Shown here: one piece after another, positions 8,894-19,196 of the stretch | Layout: the number at the start of each line of letters is the position of its first letter | Position numbering within the stretch: the stretch's first letter is position 1 | Made by a program: the position numbers and the translations under genes | Assembly (NCBI GenBank): GCA_963707215.1 | Contig: CAVPPB010000004.1 | Location: forward strand, 1-64,000 | Source: an uncultured Chloroflexia bacterium | GTDB taxonomy: Bacteria > Chloroflexota > Limnocylindria > Limnocylindrales > CSP1-4 | Reading direction: 5' to 3' | Length of the DNA stretch: 64,000 nucleotides | The notes under the pieces: model-generated | What the model saw: the letters and a program-made list of their open reading frames with translations, nothing else | What the model was told of the DNA's origin: nothing | Databases searched by the model: none

Positions 8894-10870
8894 ATGACCC
8901 TGCCGGCATTGGATCGAGTCCGCGGCCGCCATCTGTTCGTCGCCGACCTTGTCGTGGTCGGTCTCGCCTGCGTGGCCGCCTTCGTCCTACGCTTCGACAC
9001 GCTCGGGCATCGACTCGTCCTGGCTGGTCTACTTCCCGCCGCCTTGTTCCCGCTCCTGGTCCGCCCGCCGGTCAACGTGGCGGTCGGCCTCGTACCGCCG
9101 GGCCTGGGCCTACGCGAGCGTGGGCGAGCTGGCCCGGATCTCGTGGTCGTCGCGGTCGGGTCCTCGTCGGGTTGGCCGTGCTTCTACGTGCTGCTGGTCC
9201 CGCTCGGCGTCGCCGGGACGACGGCGCCGGTCGGGCGACTTCCCGCGCTCGTTCTTCGTCCTCGAGGGCCTGCTGACCCTGGCCGGCGTGGGTGGGCGCG
9301 GTTCCTCGTCCGGGCCTCGTCGGAGTGGAAGGGACTGGCGGCCGGGAGGGAGGCGTCTCGACGGCGACGCCGACGTGCGGCCCGGTGCAGACCCTCGTGT
9401 ACGGCGCCGGGGACGTCGGCGCCCAGGTCCTCCGGACGATCGGCGTCGCGCCGGATGGGCTGGGCATGCGGGTCGTCGGGCTCCTCGACGACGACCGGGT
9501 CAAGCGCGACCAGGTCCTCCGCGGCGACAGCGTCCTGGGCTCCATCGGCGAGCTCGCCGAGGTCGCCCGGGTCACCGGGCGCCCGCCGCCTGCTCATCGC
9601 CATCCCGACGGCCTCGGGCGAGGTCGTCCGGCGCAGCCGTCGATGACGGCCACCGAGCTGGGCCTCGAGACTCGGACCGCTGCCCGCGCTTCGAGGACCT
9701 GGTGACGGGCCGCCTGGACGCTGCCGCCATCCGCGAGGTGCAAGGTGGAGGACCTCCTACGGCGCGAGCCGGTCGCTCATCGACGAGACCGTCTGCGCGA
9801 GCTGGTCGCCGGCAAGACCGTGCTGGTGACCGGCGCTGGCGGGTCCATCGGGTCCGAGCTGGCCCGCCAGGTCTTCGACCTCGACCCGGCGCGACTCGTC
9901 CTGCTCGACCGGGCGGAGGGCCCGCTCTACGACATCGAACGCGAGCTGACGCTGCTGCGCGGATCGCGACTCTGGGTCGCCGTCGCGCGACGGTCACCAC
10001 CGGGCGGAGCTCGTCGACCGGCTGGCCAATGTGGCCAGCCGGCAGAGGCGATGCGGCGGATCATCTCGCGCGGACCGCCCGGTCCTGGTGCTCCACGCCG
10101 CCGCATACAAGCACGTGCCGATGATGGAGCACCATCCGGCCGACGCCGTCTACACGAACATCGGCGGGACGCTCGCGACGCTGCGACGCGGCGCTCGCGG
10201 CCGACGTCGAGCGGTTCGTCCTGGTGTCGCACGGACAAGGCGGTCGAGCCGACCTCCGTCATGGGCGCCACCAAGCGACTCGCCGAGCTGGCCGTCGCCG
10301 CGGCCGCGCGCGCCGGGCGGACGCCGGTTACGTCGTCGGTCCGCTTCGGCAACGTGCTCGGCTCGTCGGGCAGCGTCGTCCCGCTCTTCCAGCGACAGCT
10401 TGCGCGAGGGCGTGCCCGCTGACCATCACCGATCCGGAGATGACGCGCTTCTTCATGACCATCCCGGAGGCGTCGCGCCTCATCCTCGAGGCGTCGCTCA
10501 TCGGCGAGCCCGGCGACCTGTTCGTCCTGGACATGGGCGAGCCGATCCGGATCGTGGACCTCGCCCGAGACCTTGCCCGCCTCGCCGGCCGCGACCCGGA
10601 CTCGGTGCCGATCCGCTACATCGGCCTGCGACCGGGCGAGAAGCTCCACGAGTCGCTCTTCTACGACGCGGAGGCCGTGAACCGACGGCGCACCCAAGGT
10701 GCTGCGGCACCAGGCGACGTGGGCCTGCCGGCGGCGGACGTCCTGCGAGCCGGCTCGACCGGCTCGTGGCGATCGGGCGCGACGGGCGATCACGACGGCG
10801 GCCCGGGCCGCGCTGTTCGAGACCCTGGCCATCGTCGGCAGCGTGCCGCCGGAGCGGTGGTCGCCGACGG
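8894..10870 (+). CDS. Membrane-bound UDP-GlcNAc 4,6-dehydratase (PglF/CapD/WbpM-like), heavily frameshifted
   Basis: N-terminal TMs, LVYGAGDVG, VLVTGAGGSIGSELARQ, HAAAYKHVPMMEHHP, TDKAVEPTSVMGATKR, VRFGNVLGSSGSVVPLF, MTRFFMTIPEA and GLRPGEKLHE, spread over several frames; 3' end approximate. Confidence 0.85.
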
Positions 10871-12103
10871 TGAGCGCCTCGAGCCGATCCCGTTCCACCG
10901 GCCGTCCATCGGCGCCGCCGAGCGCGAGGCCGTCGCTGGAGGTCCTGGACTACGGGCTGGCTGACGACCGGGCGAGCGGGCCGCCGCGTTCGAGGCGGCG
11001 TTCGCCGGCTACGTGGGCTCCGCCCACGCGGTCGCGCGTGAACAGTGCGACGGCGGCGCTCCACCTCGCGCTCGAGGGCCTCGGGTCGGCGAGGGCGACG
11101 AGGTCATCGTCCCGACCTACACGTTCGCGGCCTCGGCCGAAGTCGCGCTCTACCTGCGGGCACGGCCGGTCCTGGTGGACGTGGACCCGGTCACGGTGAA
11201 CGTGGATCCGGCTGCCGTGTCGGCTGCGATCACGTCGCGCACCCGGGCGGTCGAGGCTCGTCCACGTCGCCGGTCTGCCGGCCGACCTGTCGCGGCGTCC
11301 TCGACGCGCGCCGGCGAGCGTCCCGGTCGTCGAGGACGCGGCCCATGCCTTCCCCTCGCCGGTGGCGGCCTTCGACGGCCGGTTCGCCGGGACGATCGGC
11401 CGCGCCGGGGCGTACAGCTTCTACGCGACGAAGACCATCACGACCGGCGAGGGCGGGATGCTCGTCACCGACGACGACGCGCTGGCGGACCGGGCGCGTT
11501 CGATGCGCCTGCACGGGATCGGCCGCGACGCCTGGAAGCGCTACGCGGCCGGCGGCTCGTGGCACTACGAGATCGAGGCGGCCGGCTTCAAGGACAATCT
11601 GACCGACCTCGCCGCGGCGCTCGGGCTCGTGCAGCTGGCGCGGGCCCAGGAGCTCCGCGAGGCGCGTGCCGCGATCGCCCGACGATACCTGGACGGGCTG
11701 GCGGACGGTGCCGCGGACGGGCGGCTCGTCCTCCCGCCGGGGATCGACGATCCGGGCCACGCCTGGCACCTGTTCATGGTCCGGCTCGGGCCGGAGGCGC
11801 GGGCTCCCGAGGCGGCGGACCCGGAGCTGCCGGGGGTCGCCGACCTCCCAGTCGCCGCTCCGTCGTCTCGCCGCACGACGCGCGCGGGCGATCGAGGCAC
11901 TCGCGGCCGATGGGATCGGGACGAGCGTCCACTTCATCCCGCTGCATCTCCACCCGCTCTACCGCGAGCTGGGCTACGCGCCGGGCCAGTTCCCGGCCGC
12001 CGAAGCGGCCTACGCCGGCGCGATCAGCCTGCCGATCTGGCCGGGCATGGGGGCTTCGTTGGTCGAGCGCGTGGTCGACGCGGTCCGCGGAACGTCGCCC
12101 TGA
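10857..12103 (+). CDS. DegT/DnrJ/EryC1/StrS PLP-dependent sugar aminotransferase, frameshifted
   Basis: IPFHRPSIG, NSATAALHLAL, GDEVIVPTYTF, EDAAHAFP, SFYATKTITTGEGG (PLP Lys), GIGTSVHFIPLH, ISLPIWPGM. Confidence 0.88.
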
Positions 12104-12176
12104 CCGCGAGTCCGGGCTGCACCGCCGGTCATCGAGCCACGCGACCCGCGCTGGCTGCTGACCTCTTTGGCGTGGC

Positions 12177-14439
12177 TCACGGATCTGCGCATCCGGGTCG
12201 CCCGTAGCGGACGCTCCAGGTGTCGTCGAGGTAGGGCGACGAGGGCAGGTCGGTACCCCAGACAGCTTCCGGGTATCGCACGGGGCGCATCTTCCAGAGG
12301 GGTTCCACCACGCCGACCTCCGTCGGGAGGGCCAGTGACGCGCCGGTCCCGATCCAGGCGATCGCCCACCAGCGGTCGGCTGCCGCGAGGTCGCAGGCCC
12401 GAGCGGCAAGAATCGACGACCACCTCAGGGCCAAGAGGTCTCTGGGGGTCGCCGTCGAGGCTCCATCGAGCCTGGCCCGAGCTGCGGTGTCACCGGACCA
12501 CGCAAGCGCGGCGTCGGTGAGGATCGGCTGTCGGTCGGCGGGAGCAGTAGAGATCACGTCAAGGACGCCAACGCCGCCGGCAACGAGCGCAGCCCCTAGT
12601 GCGTCGTCCCATCGCTCCTGCGCGAGCATTCGCGGCTGCGCCGCGATCGTCGCCTCCTCGAGCCGGCCCACCAGTGTTGGCGGCAGACCGTCCGCCAGAC
12701 CGATGAACGCCTCCAACTCGGCCAGGAGCGTGAGCGCGGTGTCCCGGTCCACCGGTCGGCCAGCCATGTCAGCCAGCACGGCCGCCTGCAGCGCGACGAA
12801 TGGGTCATGGCCCTCGCGATCGATCACGGAGTTGGCGGCCTTGGCTGCCTCCGTAGGAGCGCGGCGAGCTGGACGACCGCCGCCTCCGAGGCGTGCTGAG
12901 CCAGTGCGTCAAGCTCCTGGATCCGCGAAAGCGCATCCGCCACGACATCCTCGTCGCCGGCGGCATCGGCGGTAGTGGCGAGCGCATTCCACGCCGGTGC
13001 GAGGTCCGGTGCCAGCTCGGTGGCGACCCTGGCATGGGCCATCGCCTCGGCTGGCGCGGCCGTCGTGACGGTTCCGGCCCACCAGATCTCTGCCCAGGCA
13101 GCCTCGGCACGCATCGCTGGGATCGATAGCAGTGCCAACCCCAGTAGCGCCACGACCGCTGTTGCCCGGATGGCCGATGAGGGTGCGCTTGCGGCCAGCC
13201 GACGAGGACCGGGAGGAGTCTCGGCGGTCGCACCTTCCGGCGGATGGGGCGCCATGCCGGTCGCTGCGACCGCGAACGCGGCGACCAGCAGCGCCCGCAC
13301 CTCGATGACGACGTCGACCATGGCATGCGCACCGATCGCGGCTACACCGAGGCCGGCCGGCAGGGCCAGACGTCGTCTTTGCTCGTCGGATGGCCAGTCG
13401 CGCCTTGCAGCGCGCAGGATGAGGCCGGCGGCCGTCGCCAGGCCGATCAGGCCGACCACGCCCGTCTCGCCGGCGACGGTTAGCGGGACGTTCAGCGCGT
13501 CGGCAGGGCGTAGTGGTCGAGAGTGTCCCCTGGATCCTCGAGTCGGCGGACCCCGTATGTGCCAGGCCCCGACCCTAGGAGCGGGTCGTCGACGAACAGG
13601 CGGACCGCTGTCACCGCCGCCGATGATCGGCCCTCGTCGAGGTCTCGAGCCACTCGCTGTGGCAGGCCGAGGGCCAGGGCCACTCCCGCCAGAGCGACGA
13701 GGCCGACGAGCACGGCGGCGCCGATCCGCCGATCCCGGCCGCGGAGCCACCACTGCGTCACTGCGAGATAGAGGACCGCCGCAATGAGCCAGACGGAACG
13801 CGTCCCGCTCACGATGACCGCGGCGACAGCGGCCACGGCGAGCACGACGGCCCCGATGCGGCCGCGTCCTCCGGACGCCCAGGCGCCGACGACCGCGATC
13901 GGGGCGAGCAGGACCACATAGTCGGCCATCCACGTCGGGATGCCCGCCGCGCCGCCGACCGAACCCGGACGAAGCGGAAGGTCCGCCAGCGGCATCCCCA
14001 GGCCCAGCCAGGCGGACCAGAGCACGCCGACCTGAAGCCCGAATGTCGCGAGCAAGAAGACCAGCAGGACTGTCGCCGCACCCAGCAGGGCCCGTCGTCC
14101 GAGCGAAGAGACGACCAAGCCGAACACACCCATCGCGACTCCGGCGAGGGCGAGGGTCGTGAATGCGGCGGGATATGACAGGGATGGCGAAGGGCTCGAG
14201 ACCGCGGACAGCACGGTCGCAGCGCTGATGATCATCGCGGCGGCCACGATCCCGGGCCGAGCCTGCCACGGCCGCACTAACAAGAGGAGCCACCCGAGCA
14301 AGCCACCGAGCGCGATCCAGCCCAGCGTGAGCCAACGCGCCCATAGGGGGCCCGGGCTTGGCACGCCGACGACGAGCAGGATCAGAAGCGCCAGGACAGC
14401 CACCGTTACGGTCACTGACGGCGCCAGTCGCGCGATCAC
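12177..14439 (-). CDS. O-antigen ligase/O-oligosaccharyltransferase-like membrane protein with C-terminal TPR-like helices, frameshifted
   Basis: Many TMs, IVSGTRSVW, GRSSAAVTAVRLFVDDPLLGSGPGTY, then NVPLTVAGETGVVGL and HAMVD (Wzy_C-like); later ARVATELAPDLAPAWNALA (TPR-like). GTG 14439 overlaps the upstream TGA; breaks near 13500 and 12830. Confidence 0.72.
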
Positions 14440-15323
14440 GGGCGGATCACGGGCGCGCGGTCCCGCCGCAATGCCGCCAGCAGCGTCATGAGCATGTAGC
14501 TCAGGAGCCGCGGCGCCGCGAGCACCGAGAACGCGACCGCGATCGGCCAACCCCAGCGGGTCGGGGCCAGACGCAGCGCGAGCAGCCCGAGACCGCCGGC
14601 GAGCACGGCCCACAGGAGCGGGCTGATCGCGTACGGGGAGAGGTTGCGGACCTCGCCGACCTGCTCGAGCGAGAGGAACTGCAGGTACTCCAGCGTGCCG
14701 GCGGGCTCGAGCACGAGCTGTGCAGCGCCCAGCAAGGCCATGGCGCCGAGGAGCCAGCCGAGCGCCCGCCAGTCGCGCCGGCCCAGCCAGAAGACCGCGG
14801 CAAGGAGCGGCAGCACCTTCAGGTTCGCCGCGAGAGCCACGGCCCACGGCGCTCCGAGGGCGAGCAGCCAGGTCACCTCGACCTGGGCCTGGCCGATGGC
14901 GAGCGACCAGCCGATCGGCAGCCCGAGCACCCCGACGGCGACCCAGACCTCGAACCGCCGGACGCCCAGGGTCCAGAGCGTGAGGACGAAGAACGCGACC
15001 CCCAGGAGGCCCCAGAGGATGGCGGCCGTCTCGTACGGCAGCAGCGCCGCCACCGGGCGGAAGGCGATCGCCAGCAGGGGTGGGTACCGGTAGAACTCTG
15101 CGTCGTTCGTCGTCGACGGCTGGTCGTATAGCGGCAGGCCGGCATTGAGCCGAGCGCCGGCGTCGTAGTAGGCCCGGACGTCCGCGAGCGGGTCCTCGGT
15201 GATGTGAAGGACGAACGTCGCCACGCCGGCGATCGCCCCGACGACCGCGACGCCGAACCAGGCGAGTCGGGCGAGCCGCTCGGTGCGCGAGAGCGAGCTG
15301 GGGTGCGGTGGGTCCTGCTGCAC
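14436..15323 (-). CDS. GT87/DUF2029-like GT-C glycosyltransferase
   Basis: DVRAYYDAGARLNAGLPLY, FYRYPPLLA, GQAQV and LKVLP motifs; about 8 TMs. Confidence 0.82.
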   Translation of the reverse strand: MQQDPPHPSSLSRTERLARLAWFGVAVVGAIAGVATFVLHITEDPLADVRAYYDAGARLNAGLPLYDQPSTTNDAEFYRYPPLLAIAFRPVAALLPYETAAILWGLLGVAFFVLTLWTLGVRRFEVWVAVGVLGLPIGWSLAIGQAQVEVTWLLALGAPWAVALAANLKVLPLLAAVFWLGRRDWRALGWLLGAMALLGAAQLVLEPAGTLEYLQFLSLEQVGEVRNLSPYAISPLLWAVLAGGLGLLALRLAPTRWGWPIAVAFSVLAAPRLLSYMLMTLLAALRRDRAPVIRP

Positions 15324-15434
15324 GGCCGCATGCTAGCGGGCCCGTCCACCCGCACGGCGGACCCGGACGGCCTGACCCGTGCCTGACCTGGGTACCGGTG
15401 GACCCGCCGCCCGGCGGCGCGTACCCTCGCCGCC

Positions 15435-16577
15435 GTGACCCCGCTTCGCCGGATCCTCACGGTCGGCACGCCTGGCAATCGCCTGCTCCGGTTCGGCATG
15501 GGCATCCTCGCGCTTGTCCCGACCGTCTACGCGTTCGGCCTGCTGGCCCTCAACCATCCGCTGGGAGTGGACCTGGAGATCCCCCTCCGGGCGGCGCAGC
15601 GCTGGGTCGACGGCGGGGTCGTCTATGACCCTGCATCGTTCGACGTCACGGGCGGGGCCGCGCTGCCGTACCTCTATCCGCCGTTCGTGCTGCCCTTCGT
15701 GGTGCCGCTGCTGGCCCTGCCGAAGGAGCTCGTCCTGGCCGGCTGGGTCGGGGTCTGCCTGCTGGCCAGCATCTGGGCGCTCCGGCGGATGCGGACCCCG
15801 TGGCTCGTCGTGCCGCTGCTGCTGATCTGGCCTCCATTCTCGGAGGGCTGGATCGGCGGCAACGTCCAGGTGGTGCTGTTCGCGCTCTTCGTCTCGATGT
15901 TCGTCGCCCGCGACGCCTGGGGGCCGACATTCGGGTTCGTCGCCCGGGACCCGGCAGAGGCGGACGAGCCGGTCCTCCGGCGCGGGCTCCAGGCCACGGT
16001 CATCGCCGCCTTCAAGGTCTCGCAGCTCCATCCATGGCTGTACCAGCTCCGGCGGCGACCCACGTCGGCGATCCTCGGCGTGGTCGTGCTCGGCGCGATC
16101 GTCCTGGCCACGGTGCCGCTCACGGGCAGCGACCTCTGGTTCGAGTGGCTCGACCAGGTCCGCCGCGCCTCGGACCCCGAGTGGGCGATCGGTGGGCTGG
16201 GCCTGGGTCGCTACCTCGGACCGGCCATCGGGACGGCGGTCGCGATCGCCTGTGTGGCGGCTGTCCTCTTCGTGCCCCGCCGCGAAGCCGGTGCCTGGGT
16301 GGGCGTCCTGTCGGCCGTCGGCAGCCTCTCGCTGCGGACGTACGGGATCCTGTTCCTGCTGCCGGCCGGCTACCGGCTACGGCGGGAGATCGGCCTCGTC
16401 GCCTTCGCCTTCATCGGCACCTTCACCGAGGTGGGGATGTGGCTCGGGATCGTCATCGTGGCGGCCGGCTGGGTTGCAGCACAGCGGTGGTCGATCCTGC
16501 TGGAGCCCGAAGGCGGACCGACGCCTGCACGTAGCGATCCCCAGGTCTCGCCGGCCGCGGAAGTGTCAGCCCGCTGA
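15435..16577 (+). CDS. GT87/DUF2029-like GT-C glycosyltransferase
   Basis: VDLEIPLRAAQRWVDGGVVYD, PYLYPPFVL, GNVQ and AAFKV motifs; multiple TMs. Confidence 0.8.
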   Translation: MTPLRRILTVGTPGNRLLRFGMGILALVPTVYAFGLLALNHPLGVDLEIPLRAAQRWVDGGVVYDPASFDVTGGAALPYLYPPFVLPFVVPLLALPKELVLAGWVGVCLLASIWALRRMRTPWLVVPLLLIWPPFSEGWIGGNVQVVLFALFVSMFVARDAWGPTFGFVARDPAEADEPVLRRGLQATVIAAFKVSQLHPWLYQLRRRPTSAILGVVVLGAIVLATVPLTGSDLWFEWLDQVRRASDPEWAIGGLGLGRYLGPAIGTAVAIACVAAVLFVPRREAGAWVGVLSAVGSLSLRTYGILFLLPAGYRLRREIGLVAFAFIGTFTEVGMWLGIVIVAAGWVAAQRWSILLEPEGGPTPARSDPQVSPAAEVSAR

Positions 16578-17444
16578 TCCCGGGAGAACCGTCGCCGCGT
16601 TGGTGATCCCACGTCGTCGTTGCGCGATCGGCCAGAGCGCCGCGAGCACCGCCAGCGACGTCGGCCAGAGGATCGGCATGGCGAGCGTCGCGGCGACCGG
16701 CACCGTCCAGGCTCGGTCGGTCCGGGCTCCCCAGGCGACCAGGACGATGGAGACCGGCAGCCGCAGCCAGACGGGGATCGCCAGCTCCGGCTGCCCCGTC
16801 GGGGAGGCGCCCGAAGCCGTCGCCGTGACGCTGTCCAGCCAGTCCGACCAGAGCGACGCGTCGAGGAGCAGCGAGACGGCCACCAGCGCCCCCGTGACCC
16901 CGAGGGCGATCGCCAGCCGCCGCCACTCCCCACGGACGGCGAACCAGACGACGCCCACCCCTGGGGTCACCTTGGTCAGCAGCGGGAAGGCCCAGAAAGC
17001 CGGGTAGCGGAAGCCGAGGGCGAGGGCGGCGGCGATGAGCAGGTTCACGTTGCCGTGGTAGAGCTCCAGGGCGACCGGCGGAAACGCCAGCACGACGAGG
17101 GCGCTCCGCCAGCCGAGCCAGACTATGGTCGCGACGAGCACCGCCAGCCAGAGCCACAGGAACGTCAGCCAGTCGAGTCCCCCGAACGGGGCGAACAGCC
17201 ATGCCGCCACGGGCGTGTACGGGAAGGCGCCGAGCTGGCCGGCGGTCCGGGCGTACGGATCGGCCAGATCCACGGACCAGTAGGCGTAGGCGTCGAACCC
17301 GAGGGTACCCGCCTGCGGCGCGACGAGAATGAACAGGTAGGCCGCGAACAGGAGGCCGGCGACCACGAGCCCGTCGCGCGCGGCTCGACGGGCCTGCGGG
17401 GTCAGCCACCGGGCGAGCGGGCGGGATCGCAGGCTCGACGGCAT
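16566..17444 (-). CDS. GT87/DUF2029-like GT-C glycosyltransferase
   Basis: GFDAYAYW, AFPYTPVAA, HGNVNLL and LTKVTPG motifs; multiple TMs. Confidence 0.8.
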   Translation of the reverse strand: MPSSLRSRPLARWLTPQARRAARDGLVVAGLLFAAYLFILVAPQAGTLGFDAYAYWSVDLADPYARTAGQLGAFPYTPVAAWLFAPFGGLDWLTFLWLWLAVLVATIVWLGWRSALVVLAFPPVALELYHGNVNLLIAAALALGFRYPAFWAFPLLTKVTPGVGVVWFAVRGEWRRLAIALGVTGALVAVSLLLDASLWSDWLDSVTATASGASPTGQPELAIPVWLRLPVSIVLVAWGARTDRAWTVPVAATLAMPILWPTSLAVLAALWPIAQRRRGITNAATVLPGSAG

Positions 17445-17555
17445 GGCGGCATCCTACGCCGCCGCACCTGGTCCCTCGCCCCCTCCACGGGCCACCCGAC
17501 TAGCCGATTGGTACTGGTCGGAAGGCCACCGGACCGGTGCTACGCTGCACCGGCC

Positions 17556-19196
17556 GTGGCCGTACCGATCGCCCTCTACGCGCTCGCCGTCCTGGCCCGC
17601 GCGGCCATGGGGGCCCACTTCCCCGAACCGGCCTACCCGGACGCCTTCTACTACACGGAGGTCGCCCGGTCACTGGCGGGCGGCCAGGGGTTCAGCGTCG
17701 ACTTCATCTGGATCTTCGCCGAGGTCGGGGGGGCCATCCCGGCCGACCCGGTCCTCCCGATCCCCTCGAACGCCCACTGGATGCCGCTGCCCTCGATCCT
17801 GGCGGCGCCGTTCATCGCCCTCCTGGGCGAGGGCGGGCCGGGGCAGCTGGCCAGCTACCTGCTGGTCGGCGCGCTCGCGGCACCGCTGACCTGGGCCATC
17901 GCCCGCGACCTCGGCGCTCCGTCGTGGCTGGCGATCGGCGCCGGGGCCATCGTGGCCGTCCCGGGGATGCTCGCCCCGTTCATGGCCCAGCCGGACAACT
18001 TCGGGCTCTACCAGCCGCTGGTCACCGCAGCGCTCTGGTTCGGCGCGCGAGGGCTGCGCGGAGAGCGCCGCCTCTTCGCTCTCGCCGGCCTGCTGGCCGG
18101 ATTCGCGACCCTGGCTCGCAACGACGGGGTCCTGGTCCTCGCCGCGCTCGGCCTGGTCTGGCTGGACGATCGGTTCCTGGCCTGGCGGTCCCGCGGCGGG
18201 CGTATGCCGGCGATCCCGCTCTCGACGGCCATCGCCTGCGTCGCCCTCTTCGTGCTGGTCATGGCGCCGTGGTGGCTCCGCCAGCTGGCCGTCTTCGGGT
18301 CCATCTCGCCGTCGGCCGGCAGCGGCAAGGTGCTGTTCATCCGCGACATCGGGGAGTGGAACAGCATCTCGACCCCGGCTGACCTCGACTGGCTCCTGGG
18401 CCAGGGGCTGGGACCGCTGGTCGCCAGCCGGATCGGCGGCTTCGTGGCCGCCGTCACGATCTTCGTGGTCCTCGGCACCTCGGTCGTGCTGGCGCCGTTC
18501 GCCATCGTCGGCTCCTGGGCCCGGCGCCGGGATCCTCGGCTGGCCCCGTTCTTCGTCTTCACGGCGCTCCTGTTCGCGGCCAACGCCCTGGCCTTCGCCG
18601 TCCACGTTCCTGGCGGGACGTTCATCCACTCGGCCTGTGCGCTGGTCCCATACACCGCGATCCTGGGCCTGGAGGGGATCGTCGTCGCGGTCCGCTGGGT
18701 CGCCCGGCACCGGCCGACCTGGGACGCCGACCGGGCGGGTCGCCTCTTCGCGGGGGCAGCCGTCGTCTTCGTGGTCGGCGTCTCGATCCCGGCCACCCTG
18801 AGCGTCCACGCGACCTGGGACTCGCGGCGGGAGACCTTCCGAGACGTCGCGGCGGTGCTCGAGGCCGCGGGGTCGCCGCGCTCGGACCGCGTGATGTCCA
18901 TCGACGCCGGCGGGACGAAGTACCACAGCGGCCACGGCGGCGTGGTGACGGTCAACGACCCGATCGAGACGATCGAGGAGGTCGCCCGCGCCTACGACAT
19001 CCGCTGGCTCTCGCTCGATCGACGCGACGCCGTGCCGGCGATGGCCCCGGTCCTGGACCGCGACGAGCGGCCCGACTGGATGGGCCCGGCGGTCTGGACG
19101 CAGACCGAGACCGACGGGCGGACGCTGGCCGGCCTCTACCCCGTCTGCCTGGAGCCCGGCGATGCCCGCTGTTCGACCGAGGTGGCGACGCGATGA
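17556..19196 (+). CDS. GT39/ArnT-like GT-C glycosyltransferase
   Basis: First TM followed by YPDAFYYTEVARSLAGG, HWMPLPS, LATLARNDG and PWWLRQL, plus a C-terminal soluble domain. The true start is GTG 17556, inside track ORF 16620..19196. Confidence 0.8.
   Translation: MAVPIALYALAVLARAAMGAHFPEPAYPDAFYYTEVARSLAGGQGFSVDFIWIFAEVGGAIPADPVLPIPSNAHWMPLPSILAAPFIALLGEGGPGQLASYLLVGALAAPLTWAIARDLGAPSWLAIGAGAIVAVPGMLAPFMAQPDNFGLYQPLVTAALWFGARGLRGERRLFALAGLLAGFATLARNDGVLVLAALGLVWLDDRFLAWRSRGGRMPAIPLSTAIACVALFVLVMAPWWLRQLAVFGSISPSAGSGKVLFIRDIGEWNSISTPADLDWLLGQGLGPLVASRIGGFVAAVTIFVVLGTSVVLAPFAIVGSWARRRDPRLAPFFVFTALLFAANALAFAVHVPGGTFIHSACALVPYTAILGLEGIVVAVRWVARHRPTWDADRAGRLFAGAAVVFVVGVSIPATLSVHATWDSRRETFRDVAAVLEAAGSPRSDRVMSIDAGGTKYHSGHGGVVTVNDPIETIEEVARAYDIRWLSLDRRDAVPAMAPVLDRDERPDWMGPAVWTQTETDGRTLAGLYPVCLEPGDARCSTEVATR

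Noticed and set aside
10224-11199. Apparent dehydratase-aminotransferase fusion
   Set aside because: Read-through arises in a region dense with indels, and a separate GTG start with a GGAG site exists near 10857.
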